Source: a virus. Taken from it: 64,000 nucleotides of DNA. The notes beneath the pieces are model-generated. The model was not told the DNA's origin, did not search any database, and saw only the letters and a program-made list of their open reading frames with translations. Position numbers and translations under genes: made by a program. The DNA is taken from positions 9,525 to 73,524 of IMG/VR virus record IMGVR_UViG_3300009151_009564; one strand, written 5' to 3'. Shown one piece after another: positions 19,441-30,426 of this stretch (its first letter is position 1; each line of letters starts with the position of its first letter).

Positions 19441-20160
19441 TCAACTAAAGTTTAGTTCTTTTATTCTATTCCTAATAACAAAAACTGATTTATTTATTAA
19501 TACAGACATTTGTTTGGGTGTTAACCCATCATTAATCATTTCTCTCAATTTATCCTCATCTATACTAACATATCTAGAAGCTTTTTTACCGGTTCTATAA
19601 CTTGCCTTCTCACTAATGAGTTTTTTTGTTTCATCTTTTTGTGATCTACCAAACATTCCATTTTTATTACCACCATGTACTTTTTTATGTTTCTCAACAT
19701 AATCAATCATTTTTTTATCTGCCTCTTCAATGCCATATAATTCAACCCATTTATTATATAAAGATATACCGTACATAGGATTTTTTGTCCCACTAACTGA
19801 ATTTCTTATTTTTTCAATTGTTTCTGGTTTATGTTTTATTAATTTGTTTGATGAAATTGTACTATTTCTACCACCTTTTTGAAGATTGTATCCATACATT
19901 GGATCACTTGATCTATAGTAGTCAATCCAATATTTTTCTCTTTCGTTTAATAATTCGAAAATATTTTCACCATCTATTGTCTCTAGTATTGAAAATTCAA
20001 ATTTATGTTTGAGTAATGCTCTGTGAAAGTAAGTTTTAGATCCACTTTTGGAGTGGTACATGTGTTCCCTTTCTCTTATTTTAAGATCTTTTTTTGTCTG
20101 TCCGATGTAGTATTTGTTTTCACAAATACAAAATGCGTAATATATAATTCCATATTCCAT
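19441..20160 (-). CDS. GIY-YIG homing endonuclease with NUMOD3-like repeats
   Basis: GIIY..KYYIGQT, R.REH, EREKYWI, GYNL, KNPMYG, NGMFG. Confidence 0.85.
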   Translation of the reverse strand: MEYGIIYYAFCICENKYYIGQTKKDLKIREREHMYHSKSGSKTYFHRALLKHKFEFSILETIDGENIFELLNEREKYWIDYYRSSDPMYGYNLQKGGRNSTISSNKLIKHKPETIEKIRNSVSGTKNPMYGISLYNKWVELYGIEEADKKMIDYVEKHKKVHGGNKNGMFGRSQKDETKKLISEKASYRTGKKASRYVSIDEDKLREMINDGLTPKQMSVLINKSVFVIRNRIKELNFS

Positions 20161-20165
20161 AAATA

Positions 20166-20216
20166 TTAAGTTCTTTTCCAGTATATATTAAAAATATAAA
20201 CTGGAAAAGAACTTAA
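20166..20216 (-). promoter_or_regulatory. 17-bp hairpin enclosing TAATATATA immediately upstream of the GIY-YIG start
   Basis: TTAAGTTCTTTTCCAGT (20166-20182) / ACTGGAAAAGAACTTAA (20200-20216). Confidence 0.75.
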
Positions 20217-20220
20217 ATGT

Positions 20221-21312
20221 TTATGAAATCTCATCACCCGTCTCCTTATAGGCTGGGTTAATAATCTTCAACCTAAGTGGAGTACCATCAACAGCTTTCC
20301 TATCGATATATGGACGAATTACTACGCCTTCACGAATATGAAGTGTCTTACCAGACACAAGTTCCATTCCCTTACAAAGGTCAACTACTTCTTTTGGAAG
20401 AAGGTAATCAATCTTTGTCTTGTGAATACCCTTTTCTGGATCAGAATAGATAACCACTTCTTTCTTATCAAGAGTAAGAGTACCATCGAATACTATAGGG
20501 ACCCACATAGTCTTAAATACTTCCGGAACCATATCGTAAGGGATAGAATCCCCATTGAACCTAATGTCGAATAGACGAGCTGTTGGTTTTGTTTGTCCGT
20601 AAGAGTATCCAGATTGAATAGGTACTACTTCACCAAATACCTGAATAATGCCCATACCAGACCAGTTAGACTTAATCTTATTAACCAATCCGTCATTTTT
20701 AGCAGCTTCCCAGTAAGAGTTACCCTCAGCATCTTCGAGAACTAAACCCTTTTTAAGTTGTCCTTTAGACGATACAATAGTTTCTCCGGTCTCAAGGTTA
20801 TGAGCTAGGATGAACTGAGAACCGTGTACTTTTTCGGTAATGACTACCCTTTCACCATCGATAAGTTCGTTAACATAAACACCAGCGTGTTCACAATCGT
20901 GATGACCGATGAAAGGCATATCGAATGATTTAACCTTACCAGCAAGTTGAGCTGGGATTGGTGGTTCGTACTTGGTAATACCAAGTAGTTCAGCAACATC
21001 TTCGTCCAGACTGATCTGATCGAAATTTGGTACAAGAGAGTTTGGAATGATAATACCACTTGAGATTTCACCACGAAGGCGAACTGCTTTAACACGGTCT
21101 TTGTTAGGACCGCTAAGGTACTTCTCGTATTCGGTTTTAAGTTGTCCGGTAAGTACAGACTTTTCCGGTGCGAAGATAACTTCGTCACCATCGTTATAAA
21201 GTCCTTTCTGGACTACTACTTGGTATGATCCAACACGACCCAACATTAGGGCATCTGCGTTTGGATGTGTAAAAAGTGCGATTTTTTGTTTTGATACTCT
21301 GAAATTACTCAT
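20221..21312 (-). CDS. RNA ligase, DRB0094/Rnl5 family
   Basis: N-terminal HPNADAL..VVQKG.Y..GD, LRGEISSG, ITKYEPP, motif I TEKVHG, FGE, FDI, REGVVIR, LKIINPAY. Confidence 0.9.
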   Translation of the reverse strand: MSNFRVSKQKIALFTHPNADALMLGRVGSYQVVVQKGLYNDGDEVIFAPEKSVLTGQLKTEYEKYLSGPNKDRVKAVRLRGEISSGIIIPNSLVPNFDQISLDEDVAELLGITKYEPPIPAQLAGKVKSFDMPFIGHHDCEHAGVYVNELIDGERVVITEKVHGSQFILAHNLETGETIVSSKGQLKKGLVLEDAEGNSYWEAAKNDGLVNKIKSNWSGMGIIQVFGEVVPIQSGYSYGQTKPTARLFDIRFNGDSIPYDMVPEVFKTMWVPIVFDGTLTLDKKEVVIYSDPEKGIHKTKIDYLLPKEVVDLCKGMELVSGKTLHIREGVVIRPYIDRKAVDGTPLRLKIINPAYKETGDEIS

Positions 21313-21330
21313 TAGATACTTTTATTTCTA

Positions 21331-21362
21331 CAAAAATAGGAAAAATACTCTAATCTTCCAAA
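21331..21362 (-). promoter_or_regulatory. Bacteroidota-type promoter for the RNA ligase operon
   Basis: Minus strand TTTG-N20-TATTTTTG. Confidence 0.65.
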
Positions 21363-21448
21363 ATAATTTGGAGATTTTATTATATTTCTACATAGACATA
21401 TTGGATTAAAAAATGACTTTCTGGAAATAATATATAATAAAAAACAAT

Positions 21449-22615
21449 ATGTGGTTAAAAGAGGAGGAAGAATATTTACTTAGTTATTATTCTTCGATTG
21501 ATAATATAATCTTGGAAAAAAAATTAAATAAAAATATAGGTTGTATAGTCAGAAAAGCTAATTCAATGGGATTGAGGAAGTCAAAAGAGTATATCTCATT
21601 AATGAAGAGGAAAATAAACCCAAAATTATATTGGAATGATCGTGATTTGGATTATTTAGTCAATAATTATAAACAAAAAAGTAATAGTGAAATATCTGAT
21701 TATCTTAAAAAAACGAAAAGATCTGTTTGTAGAAAATTAAAAGAGCTAAATTTAAGAAGGACAAAGGATGAAAAAGACTTAATAACATCAAGATTTTGTA
21801 AAAAATCAGGACGTGATTTAAATTTTGAATTCGTTAAGAATGAAGCTCTCAAATATTCCAGTAAACAAGAATTTTATATATTAGATTCTGGTTCCTATTC
21901 AGCATCCATTCGTAATGGATGGTATGATGAAATATGTAAACACATGAGGAAGAAAAAACAAAGTATTCCCCAATTGATGTTAAAAGATATTTTAGAAAAA
22001 ATTCTAAAAACCGAATGTAGTTTTAATAATAGAAAAATTATATACCCAAAAGAAATTGATTGTTATTTTGAGGAATATAAAATGGGATTTGAATATGACG
22101 GAAGATATTTTCACTCTAGTCCGGATATTGAAAAAATAAAAATTTGTGAGAATAAAGGATTAAAAATATTCATAATAGATGAGAATAATGATATTTATAG
22201 AAATTATGAAAGAAATATAAAAACTCAACTAATTAAAATATTACCTGAGATAAATAAAATTACTAATTTAAGTATAAATATAAATGATATTATAGAATAT
22301 AAACCTGTCATCAAATTTGATGATGTGTTGGATTGTGAAGAAATAGAATTTGTTTTTGGTAAAAAAATGTCTTTAATAAAATCGGAAAATGTTTCGTTAT
22401 ACAATAGATTAAAAAGGTATAAATTTAATATTTCTGATTTAGGTATAATAAATGATGATAAGAAAATAAAAAAGTTTAAATCTCTAGAAGATTATATGTT
22501 TTTTTTAAAAAAAACATATAATTCTTTTACGGAGGCTTCAAAAATCGAACATGTTTATAGAAATGCTATAAAATATAATATTAGTATATTAGAAATTAAA
22601 TCCATATGGACTTAG
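21449..22615 (+). CDS. Putative homing endonuclease (HTH-like repeats plus PD-(D/E)xK/Vsr-like domain)
   Basis: W..EE..YL repeats; EIDCYFEEYKMGFEYDGRYFH; extremely AT- and Lys-rich. Confidence 0.65.
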   Translation: MWLKEEEEYLLSYYSSIDNIILEKKLNKNIGCIVRKANSMGLRKSKEYISLMKRKINPKLYWNDRDLDYLVNNYKQKSNSEISDYLKKTKRSVCRKLKELNLRRTKDEKDLITSRFCKKSGRDLNFEFVKNEALKYSSKQEFYILDSGSYSASIRNGWYDEICKHMRKKKQSIPQLMLKDILEKILKTECSFNNRKIIYPKEIDCYFEEYKMGFEYDGRYFHSSPDIEKIKICENKGLKIFIIDENNDIYRNYERNIKTQLIKILPEINKITNLSININDIIEYKPVIKFDDVLDCEEIEFVFGKKMSLIKSENVSLYNRLKRYKFNISDLGIINDDKKIKKFKSLEDYMFFLKKTYNSFTEASKIEHVYRNAIKYNISILEIKSIWT

Positions 22616-22651
22616 ACATTTAATATATAATCAAAAGAATAGAAAGTTTTA

Positions 22652-25600
22652 ATGGCATCAACATTATTTTCAAAACCTATAGTATCTAAAATACCTACAT
22701 CGACTTTAACTAAAAATACGACTTATTTAAAATCTATTGCTAATAAGCAAAGTAAGTTCTATAGTTCAAAGATCCTTAATTATGTTGAGCCTGTTAATAT
22801 TGGTTCTTTTGTAAAAACTGCGTTTTGGAGCGAGATCAATACTAATTTTAACTATGGTGATACTGTATTTATAATCAATGGTAATTATGACTCTGATAGT
22901 CTAATATCAGTTGATAAATATGCTCCAAATACAACTGGATATAAAGTATTGGGAGTTGACGGATGTAAGATCATCTTGGATATTGATTATACAGGAGTTC
23001 TTCCATTTCAAGATACAGATGTTGAGCAATATATTAAAGTAAATCATATCTCTTCTCAAAGACAGTTTGATTATATCAATAGTATATTAACTCCTATTAA
23101 TGTTACTCCATTTAGTGGAATGTATTCAAAATTCTTTGGTAACGTTCCTTATGGTAGTTTGACTGCTTCATTATATACAAATGATATAATATTTTCTTCT
23201 GGTACTTTTAGTGGAAACACATCTTATAGTGGTATAGGAGTAGGTTTTTTTGTTAGGGATGATTCATCAACTAATACATGGGTAAACATTACTTCTCAAT
23301 TTTTAGATAATAGATTAGGTGGTGTTAATCCAGACTATACAAACGATGGTAGAATTTATATTGTTGGTGAGGATTTCACATACAATGGTACTGATTATAA
23401 ACAAAGATTGGTATATGAAGACGTTAATAATAAATGGATTATAGACACGGTTTATAAACAACCAATAATATCTAAGTTAAATTTTAGATATGGTACATTT
23501 AAGGGAACACATAATGATGGTGTATTTGGTAGTGAGAATAAAGTCGCAACGTGGAATAATGCGACTTGGAATTCTGGTATATTAACAAATGCCACATGGA
23601 AGTCGGGTTCAATGAACTCAAAGTCTAATACCGGAGACCGTTCATATTATTCACATTTAAAAAATGGTAAACCAGTTCAAACATCGGATGTTTCAAATAA
23701 CAATGGTTATGGGTATAACTTTATAATAGATTCTGATGTTCAGGGTGGTACATTTTTAAATGGGTTATTTGACAACTGTAATATAGGTTTATCAAGTACT
23801 TTTTCTGCCCTTGATTCTTACTTTGGTATTACTCAATCACCTAGTGTTTCTATTAAGAAAGGACAGTATACTCTTTGTAATATAACTGACTCAAGTCTAT
23901 TAAATGGTTTATTTACTAATACGGATATAAACAATACTAATATTGTAAACTCCAAGATAGTTAATAGTCAACTTAATAAGAGTACAGTTGATACAAGTGA
24001 CTATAACTCTGATAGTGGTATACAAGTAATAGGTGCTGATATATGGTCATATGATTCAAATCCTGGTATTTCTGGTATATCTCCAGATATATCTACTACA
24101 ATAAGAGGTATTTTAAAACTTTACATATCTGCGAAAGATTTATTTAAGTTAATCCCCGGTGATAGTTTTTATATAACTAAACTAAATAAGGATTATGTAT
24201 TATCGTCATTAACAAATGATCAAAAAGTTTATTTGCCAATAGAAACAAGATATACTTTAGATACTTATTTTGATTCAAGTTTAAGCTCTAAGACTATAAC
24301 AGTTAGTTTAAAGACTAAAATGGATAATATATGGAAGACTTATGTTACTGGTACAACAACTACTGTTAATACATTAGTATCAAATAGTCAAGTATATGAT
24401 TCAATTGATATTGATTGTAGTGATTTTGGATATTACTATTCTACATCAGGTAATCCAGTTTATAAGTCGTCTATCCTAGGTCCAATTAATCTATCTGATG
24501 TTAATAACTTATTTTCTAATACTTATTTATATGACTCTGATTTTAAAGATGGTATTTTCAATAACTCTAATTGGATTAGTGGTAATAACTTAAACTATCA
24601 ACAAAACCAAATTAAGAATCTTACGTCTGATGTATTAGACATTTCTTTATACACTTCATTAGATTCATTTATAGTTAAACTAAACTATGATCCAATGAAT
24701 AGTGCTTATTCTATTCCTAGTTTTGATACTATTAACGGTGAGTATGTTTGGTTAAATAATATTACATATGTAAATGGTACTTTTAGTGTATCACTTGATG
24801 GTAGATATAAAGTTAACGGTTTGGATAGTCATCTTCCACCATTTATTGCTCCTTACTGGGTTTCTTTAAGATTGTTCCCACAAGACACTACAATGTCTGC
24901 TTTGGGGGTTACATCTAGTGCGGGATCTTATAAGGTAATAGGTGCTGAAAATAATACTTATGCTTCTATTGATAAGTTTATCATAAAGAACTCTACAATA
25001 AGTTCTGGTTTATTTAAGAAAACTGGTATTGTAAATAGTATAGTATCAAGTAATGAATTTGATAATACTGATACCAATTTGGTAATATCAAATAATAACA
25101 TACTTAGGTTTATTAATATTATATTCAGTACCAATAAAAATACTATTAATGATGGTGTTATTTATAAGTCACACGTAATAAACACAACTTGGAATAATGG
25201 TGTTCTATTCAATAGTATTTGGAATGGTCCTTTATTTAGTAATGGGGTTGTTAAATCAAGTTATTGGTTAAATGGTACATTTAATAGTGGTAAGTTTTAT
25301 GATAGTGGATTAACATCCTCTATTGTTCTTGATTATGACTCTGTATCAAGATATCAAGCTTGGTTAAATGGTACATTTAGTATAGGTGAGTTTTATAACT
25401 CAGTCTGGTTAAATGGTACTTTTAATAATGGTCGTTTATATAAGTCAACATGGTATGGTGGTATATGGAATAATGGAGTATTAGGTTCTAATAATCTTAG
25501 TTTATCTGATACTACATTTGGTACACTTGCTCCTCTTCCTTATTCAGCTACGGTGAGTTATTGGAATAATGGTATAGTAGAGAATGCTCTTGTTGGTGGT

Positions 25601-28600
25601 GATGGTTTAGTTTACTGGTATGGTGGTAAATTTAACAAAGGTGAGTTTACTAGTAATGGTACGTCATCTACTAACCAGTCTATTTGGTATAATGGTGATT
25701 TCAATGGTGGTAAGTTTACCAACTTAGCTAGATGGAAAGGTGGTAACTTCTTTAATGGTAAGTTCTTATCATATTATGGATATAATAATGTATCTCCTAC
25801 TAACTTTTCTACATATTCAACTGATTATGGATGGGAAGGTGGTAGTTTCTATGGTGGGGTATTTGGTAATGCTAATACGGGTACTAACTCTGTTTGGTAT
25901 TCTGGTGACTTTAATGGTGGTATATTCCAAGGAAGATTTTGGAATACCGGATTATTCTACAATGGTACATTCTTAGGTAGTGGTAGAGTTAGTGCGACTC
26001 CTTCTTCAGTATCATCTATAGGTGAGTTTGATTTTGCTAACTCATTTACATCATCGTATTATGGTTTATGGAACTCCGGATATGTTTCTGATAAAAAGTA
26101 TGAGGTTAAGACTAAAGAAAGAGTGTTTACTCAGTTGGTAAGAAAGGTAGATGAGAAGAAGATAAATATAAGTGTAAATATGTCAAATGTCTTATGGATG
26201 GATGGTATGTTTAATCACAACTTTGGTAATATACAAGATTCATTATTCATAGGTGGTACTTTTTCTAATGGTCAGTTTACTCGTGGGGTATTTAATCCTT
26301 ATATAGATCAAAACTTTACTGGTTCATTCTCTAGATCTTCGTTTAATACACAATCTTGTGTATGGACTGGTGGTATATTTGCTTCAGGTTCGTTCTATTA
26401 TTCAGAGTGGCAAAATGGTATATTCCAAGATGGATATATGTCTGGTGCTATTTGGGATAATGGTCTTTGGAATTATGGATCTGCTGATAATATTTACTGG
26501 AAAGGGGGTCGTTGGAGAAATGGTAACTGGAATGGATCTCCTTATGATTCAACATTAATATCGACATATTCTACTCCTAATATAATGAAGAGTGGTAGGG
26601 AAAAAGATTTGATATTGAATATATCAAATGCCTTAGGTACATCGTCAATACATATAATAAATGTATTTAGTGCTTCAGTGACTCCTATACAGATTTTATC
26701 TGATATACCAGTGGGTTCATTGGGTAGTACAGGAAGCTGGACTTATTCACATGAAACTTATTATGGAGTATTATATTATAGTGGGTTTGCGGGGACTCCA
26801 CACTATGATTACCTTGCTTGTTCAGATTGGAGAATTGGTTCTACATTTAGTTATATTACCGCAACAACGTCAACATCTATATCAACTGGTGTTGTGACAG
26901 ATTCAAATGCTTATACTAAAGGGGGTACTATGTCAGCATCGAGTGGATCATCTTCATATGACTCCACTAATAGGTATTATGGTTATAATATAAATGCGAC
27001 TGCATCGGCAAATACACCACCAAGTAGTAAGTTATATGCTGTAAAAAGTTCTGGAGGACCCACTACTAGTGTGTTTGTCGATACCGCAACAACTTATACT
27101 GTTAAATTACAGGTTACGGTTGAGTTAACGCCAACAGTTTCTATTGAAGTTGGGTATGGTGGTAGTGTACAAACATTTACATTATCGTCAGACCATTGGG
27201 GTTGGACAACTAATACTACTGGTTATTCATATCTTGGTGTACCATATACCATAACCAACCACTACGATTATTATTATCCAAAGTTATATAACTTAACATT
27301 CACTATTAACACAACAGACGCTTCTCTTGCGTCTCCGGGTGGTCAACAATTTTATATTAAGAAGACATCCAATGGTATAATGAGGTTATTAAGGGGAGAG
27401 ATTACCGAAAGGTTAACTGAGTATCATGATACTTATAATAATACATTATATAATGGTATAGTTGGATCTACAGTATCTCTACCAAATGATAATCATTTGG
27501 CTTTGACCGCAGGTGCGTCTGATGGTAATGTCGTAAGTATTGCTTATGGTAATGGTGTTTTCCAATCTGGAATTTGGGAGAATGGTGTTTGGAATAATGG
27601 ATATAGGGCTTCTGATTGGTTTGGAACAAGTGATACATTAATATTTAGTGATGTTAATCAAAGTATGACATATCAAACGGACACGTCAACTGCTTGGAAA
27701 AAGAACTGGATCATAACCTTAGTTTCGTTAGGTTCTATGAATAGTTTATCCATAGGTGATAAAGTATCCATCGGAAATATTGTTGGTATTAATATAAATG
27801 GTAGTAGAGTTCTTATAAAAGATTACTATACAATAGTAGATATTAATAACACAGTTTCAACTGATTGGCCTAATGGTTACCTTAAAGTAAGTTTAACTAC
27901 AAACTTCCCATTAAGACAAATTGTTAAAGACTCATCATATCACCTTATATATGTAACTAAAAATGTTTGGTTGTCTGGAGCGTTCTTGAATGGTTATTTT
28001 AGAGGAGTATGGAATACTGGATTATTCCAAGGTTATCCAAACATAACAGAGATGCAGGACACTCACTGGATTGATGGTAAGTTTAATGGAGGTCATTACA
28101 TTTCAAATAATGTACCAGCTAGTCTTACATTACCTTCATATAATACTGGTGTAATACAAAACTTTACATTTATAGATAGAAATATAGCTGATCCTTATAA
28201 CTTCTTATACGAATCTTGGATTGATGTAAATTATACAGCTGATTCACAATCTAATTTGTATCAAGATACTATCTATTGGGAGCAAGGTACTGGTTATTAT
28301 TCTATTAATGGTGTTAGTAGTAAACCAAATCTTAATGGTTTAATTACATACGATGTTTTATCTAGCTTATCAACGTTTAGGAATGGATATGATACTAGTA
28401 GTAAGGATTATAGTTTAGGTGTCAAGTGGACAAAGTATGATAATTATTTACCAGAAGGAAGCTTTAATAACCTCTTTAGTAAAAGTATACATTCACTTGG
28501 TTTAGATAACTTCTATAACGACGGATGGGATATACAATCGTGGGCACAAGGGTCGACTGGGGTTTCAGTTTTAGATCTTGGTATTTATGGGTCTTGGAGT

Positions 28601-29362
28601 TTATATCCAGAAGATTTTGTCCTAGAGAATACAGATAATACTTTAAAATATATATCAAGTACACATGCGGAGGTATATAGCACCGGTGGGGCGACTGCTT
28701 GGCCATCTTCTGCAATACAGACTTATACAATATTGAAAAATTCAAATACTACCAATATACCAGTTAAAAGGTATTCTATGATGGAGTATAATTTGATAAG
28801 TTTCAAAGGATTTACCGGACCGGATCCTGTTCCGGGTGGATATAATCACGCTAGGAGTGTACATAATAGTCCTTCTTTCTATCCACCTGCTATTAACACA
28901 CTTTCATTCCCAGCTACTTGGTCTATAAGTCAGTTAATTGCTAATCCAGTGTATAGTTCAGATCCTATAAAGAGAGAGTATTTTTATAACAAACACTCTT
29001 TATCAATGATGTTTGTCGGTGGTGGTATAGCAACATCACCAGCTGATTATTATCCACTTACAATTCAGATGGATAACTTATCATTCTATGAAGTAGATAT
29101 GATTCCATTCTTCCAATATTTTGTTGCTTATGATGAGTATGCGAATACTTCATTAGCTATTGATATGGCTATTAAAACACCATACTCAGCAGTTGCTCCA
29201 CATATTGATTATGGTAGTGGAGCATTTAGTTTCATTGGTACAGTAGATATTGTTATTGATTCCTCTGGGGTTGTATCAAGTGGAGCAGGTTCAGTTGGTG
29301 GTTCAACTTTAGGGACAACAACAACCACATGGACTACATATTTATCAGCTCCTACTTTTTGA
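22652..29362 (+). CDS. 2236-aa putative virion protein with W/F-x-x-G-x pentapeptide-like repeats
   Basis: Long tracts such as WLNGTFNSGKF, WYNGDFNGGKF, WKGGRWRNGNWNG; S/T-rich; TAATATATA upstream. Confidence 0.55.
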   Translation: MASTLFSKPIVSKIPTSTLTKNTTYLKSIANKQSKFYSSKILNYVEPVNIGSFVKTAFWSEINTNFNYGDTVFIINGNYDSDSLISVDKYAPNTTGYKVLGVDGCKIILDIDYTGVLPFQDTDVEQYIKVNHISSQRQFDYINSILTPINVTPFSGMYSKFFGNVPYGSLTASLYTNDIIFSSGTFSGNTSYSGIGVGFFVRDDSSTNTWVNITSQFLDNRLGGVNPDYTNDGRIYIVGEDFTYNGTDYKQRLVYEDVNNKWIIDTVYKQPIISKLNFRYGTFKGTHNDGVFGSENKVATWNNATWNSGILTNATWKSGSMNSKSNTGDRSYYSHLKNGKPVQTSDVSNNNGYGYNFIIDSDVQGGTFLNGLFDNCNIGLSSTFSALDSYFGITQSPSVSIKKGQYTLCNITDSSLLNGLFTNTDINNTNIVNSKIVNSQLNKSTVDTSDYNSDSGIQVIGADIWSYDSNPGISGISPDISTTIRGILKLYISAKDLFKLIPGDSFYITKLNKDYVLSSLTNDQKVYLPIETRYTLDTYFDSSLSSKTITVSLKTKMDNIWKTYVTGTTTTVNTLVSNSQVYDSIDIDCSDFGYYYSTSGNPVYKSSILGPINLSDVNNLFSNTYLYDSDFKDGIFNNSNWISGNNLNYQQNQIKNLTSDVLDISLYTSLDSFIVKLNYDPMNSAYSIPSFDTINGEYVWLNNITYVNGTFSVSLDGRYKVNGLDSHLPPFIAPYWVSLRLFPQDTTMSALGVTSSAGSYKVIGAENNTYASIDKFIIKNSTISSGLFKKTGIVNSIVSSNEFDNTDTNLVISNNNILRFINIIFSTNKNTINDGVIYKSHVINTTWNNGVLFNSIWNGPLFSNGVVKSSYWLNGTFNSGKFYDSGLTSSIVLDYDSVSRYQAWLNGTFSIGEFYNSVWLNGTFNNGRLYKSTWYGGIWNNGVLGSNNLSLSDTTFGTLAPLPYSATVSYWNNGIVENALVGGDGLVYWYGGKFNKGEFTSNGTSSTNQSIWYNGDFNGGKFTNLARWKGGNFFNGKFLSYYGYNNVSPTNFSTYSTDYGWEGGSFYGGVFGNANTGTNSVWYSGDFNGGIFQGRFWNTGLFYNGTFLGSGRVSATPSSVSSIGEFDFANSFTSSYYGLWNSGYVSDKKYEVKTKERVFTQLVRKVDEKKINISVNMSNVLWMDGMFNHNFGNIQDSLFIGGTFSNGQFTRGVFNPYIDQNFTGSFSRSSFNTQSCVWTGGIFASGSFYYSEWQNGIFQDGYMSGAIWDNGLWNYGSADNIYWKGGRWRNGNWNGSPYDSTLISTYSTPNIMKSGREKDLILNISNALGTSSIHIINVFSASVTPIQILSDIPVGSLGSTGSWTYSHETYYGVLYYSGFAGTPHYDYLACSDWRIGSTFSYITATTSTSISTGVVTDSNAYTKGGTMSASSGSSSYDSTNRYYGYNINATASANTPPSSKLYAVKSSGGPTTSVFVDTATTYTVKLQVTVELTPTVSIEVGYGGSVQTFTLSSDHWGWTTNTTGYSYLGVPYTITNHYDYYYPKLYNLTFTINTTDASLASPGGQQFYIKKTSNGIMRLLRGEITERLTEYHDTYNNTLYNGIVGSTVSLPNDNHLALTAGASDGNVVSIAYGNGVFQSGIWENGVWNNGYRASDWFGTSDTLIFSDVNQSMTYQTDTSTAWKKNWIITLVSLGSMNSLSIGDKVSIGNIVGININGSRVLIKDYYTIVDINNTVSTDWPNGYLKVSLTTNFPLRQIVKDSSYHLIYVTKNVWLSGAFLNGYFRGVWNTGLFQGYPNITEMQDTHWIDGKFNGGHYISNNVPASLTLPSYNTGVIQNFTFIDRNIADPYNFLYESWIDVNYTADSQSNLYQDTIYWEQGTGYYSINGVSSKPNLNGLITYDVLSSLSTFRNGYDTSSKDYSLGVKWTKYDNYLPEGSFNNLFSKSIHSLGLDNFYNDGWDIQSWAQGSTGVSVLDLGIYGSWSLYPEDFVLENTDNTLKYISSTHAEVYSTGGATAWPSSAIQTYTILKNSNTTNIPVKRYSMMEYNLISFKGFTGPDPVPGGYNHARSVHNSPSFYPPAINTLSFPATWSISQLIANPVYSSDPIKREYFYNKHSLSMMFVGGGIATSPADYYPLTIQMDNLSFYEVDMIPFFQYFVAYDEYANTSLAIDMAIKTPYSAVAPHIDYGSGAFSFIGTVDIVIDSSGVVSSGAGSVGGSTLGTTTTTWTTYLSAPTF

Positions 29363-30068
29363 TAACCCATAAGTGACCAACTTTTCCATGTTCATCCACA
29401 GAAAAGTGTCCCATATATTCAACTTGAAAAGCTTTCTCACCGTCCGGTATTTTTATACCGGACAATTTTTGCTTACCTAAAATCCTTTTTTGACCTTTAC
29501 AAGACTTACAATCAGTCCATCCCACTTGTCCTTTACCACCACAGAAGTAACACGGGTCACCATTCCAGTTCTTTCCGGAACCTTCACAGAAATCACATCC
29601 GTCAGATCCATCAAAGTATCTAACATTGCCTTCAGTATCCCTAATTTCTATCTTAGAAGTTATATCCCTACCATCACCACCACAAGTTTTACAGATAACC
29701 CATCTTTCATATTCAACAGAACCGTCAAATTTTTCATCAACATAGTGTAGAATGTTTAACTGATTCTTATCAATCCAAGATTTTAGTTTTTCTTCATCCC
29801 AAGTCTTGGCGTTATTATTAAACTCATAGTTTAATATTTCTGATGATTCATCATAGTTAGAACCCCATCTACTTCTTCTATCATATTCCTGTTTTTTATC
29901 AGATGTTAAGATATCATATGCTTCTGTTATTTCACCAAATAGGATAGGATCTCCACCTTTATCTGGGTGGAGGGTAAATGATAGCTTATAGTATGATTTC
30001 TTAATCTCCCTTTCGGTAGAAGTATGACTTACACCTAGAGTAAGATAGTAGTTCTTATTAAAGTCCAT
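29352..30068 (-). CDS. dnaJ: DnaJ-like co-chaperone
   Basis: J-domain with HPDKGG; four CxxCxGxG(-like) zinc-finger repeats; truncated C-terminal domain. Confidence 0.8.
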   Translation of the reverse strand: MDFNKNYYLTLGVSHTSTEREIKKSYYKLSFTLHPDKGGDPILFGEITEAYDILTSDKKQEYDRRSRWGSNYDESSEILNYEFNNNAKTWDEEKLKSWIDKNQLNILHYVDEKFDGSVEYERWVICKTCGGDGRDITSKIEIRDTEGNVRYFDGSDGCDFCEGSGKNWNGDPCYFCGGKGQVGWTDCKSCKGQKRILGKQKLSGIKIPDGEKAFQVEYMGHFSVDEHGKVGHLWVIKK

Positions 30069-30363
30069 TATTGATTTGATTTATTTTATAATCTCTTATA
30101 TTGTCTTTGCCTATTATAAGTTTATCTTCATGGTATTCTTTACCATCTTTGGTGGTATAATACCAACCTTCTGGCTTAATATCATGGTGTGTAAATGTCA
30201 TAGTTTCTCCTTCCATATCCATATCAGGTATATCGTCAAAATTATAAGTAAAACTTACATTATAAGTAGCAACCCCATAAGAATCTTGAATAGTATTTTC
30301 CTCTCCTGTTTCTTTTATTATGATTTTATCACCCGTAGATCCGTGATTTCTATTTAAGTTCAT
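30058..30363 (-). CDS. Small protein ending in RD motif
   Basis: IRDYKINQINNGL. Confidence 0.6.
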   Translation of the reverse strand: MNLNRNHGSTGDKIIIKETGEENTIQDSYGVATYNVSFTYNFDDIPDMDMEGETMTFTHHDIKPEGWYYTTKDGKEYHEDKLIIGKDNIRDYKINQINNGL

Positions 30364-30426
30364 ATATTTAATAGTTTTTTAATAGTAATATCTCTTTCTA
30401 ATGATGATATACCGGGACGTTTGTAT

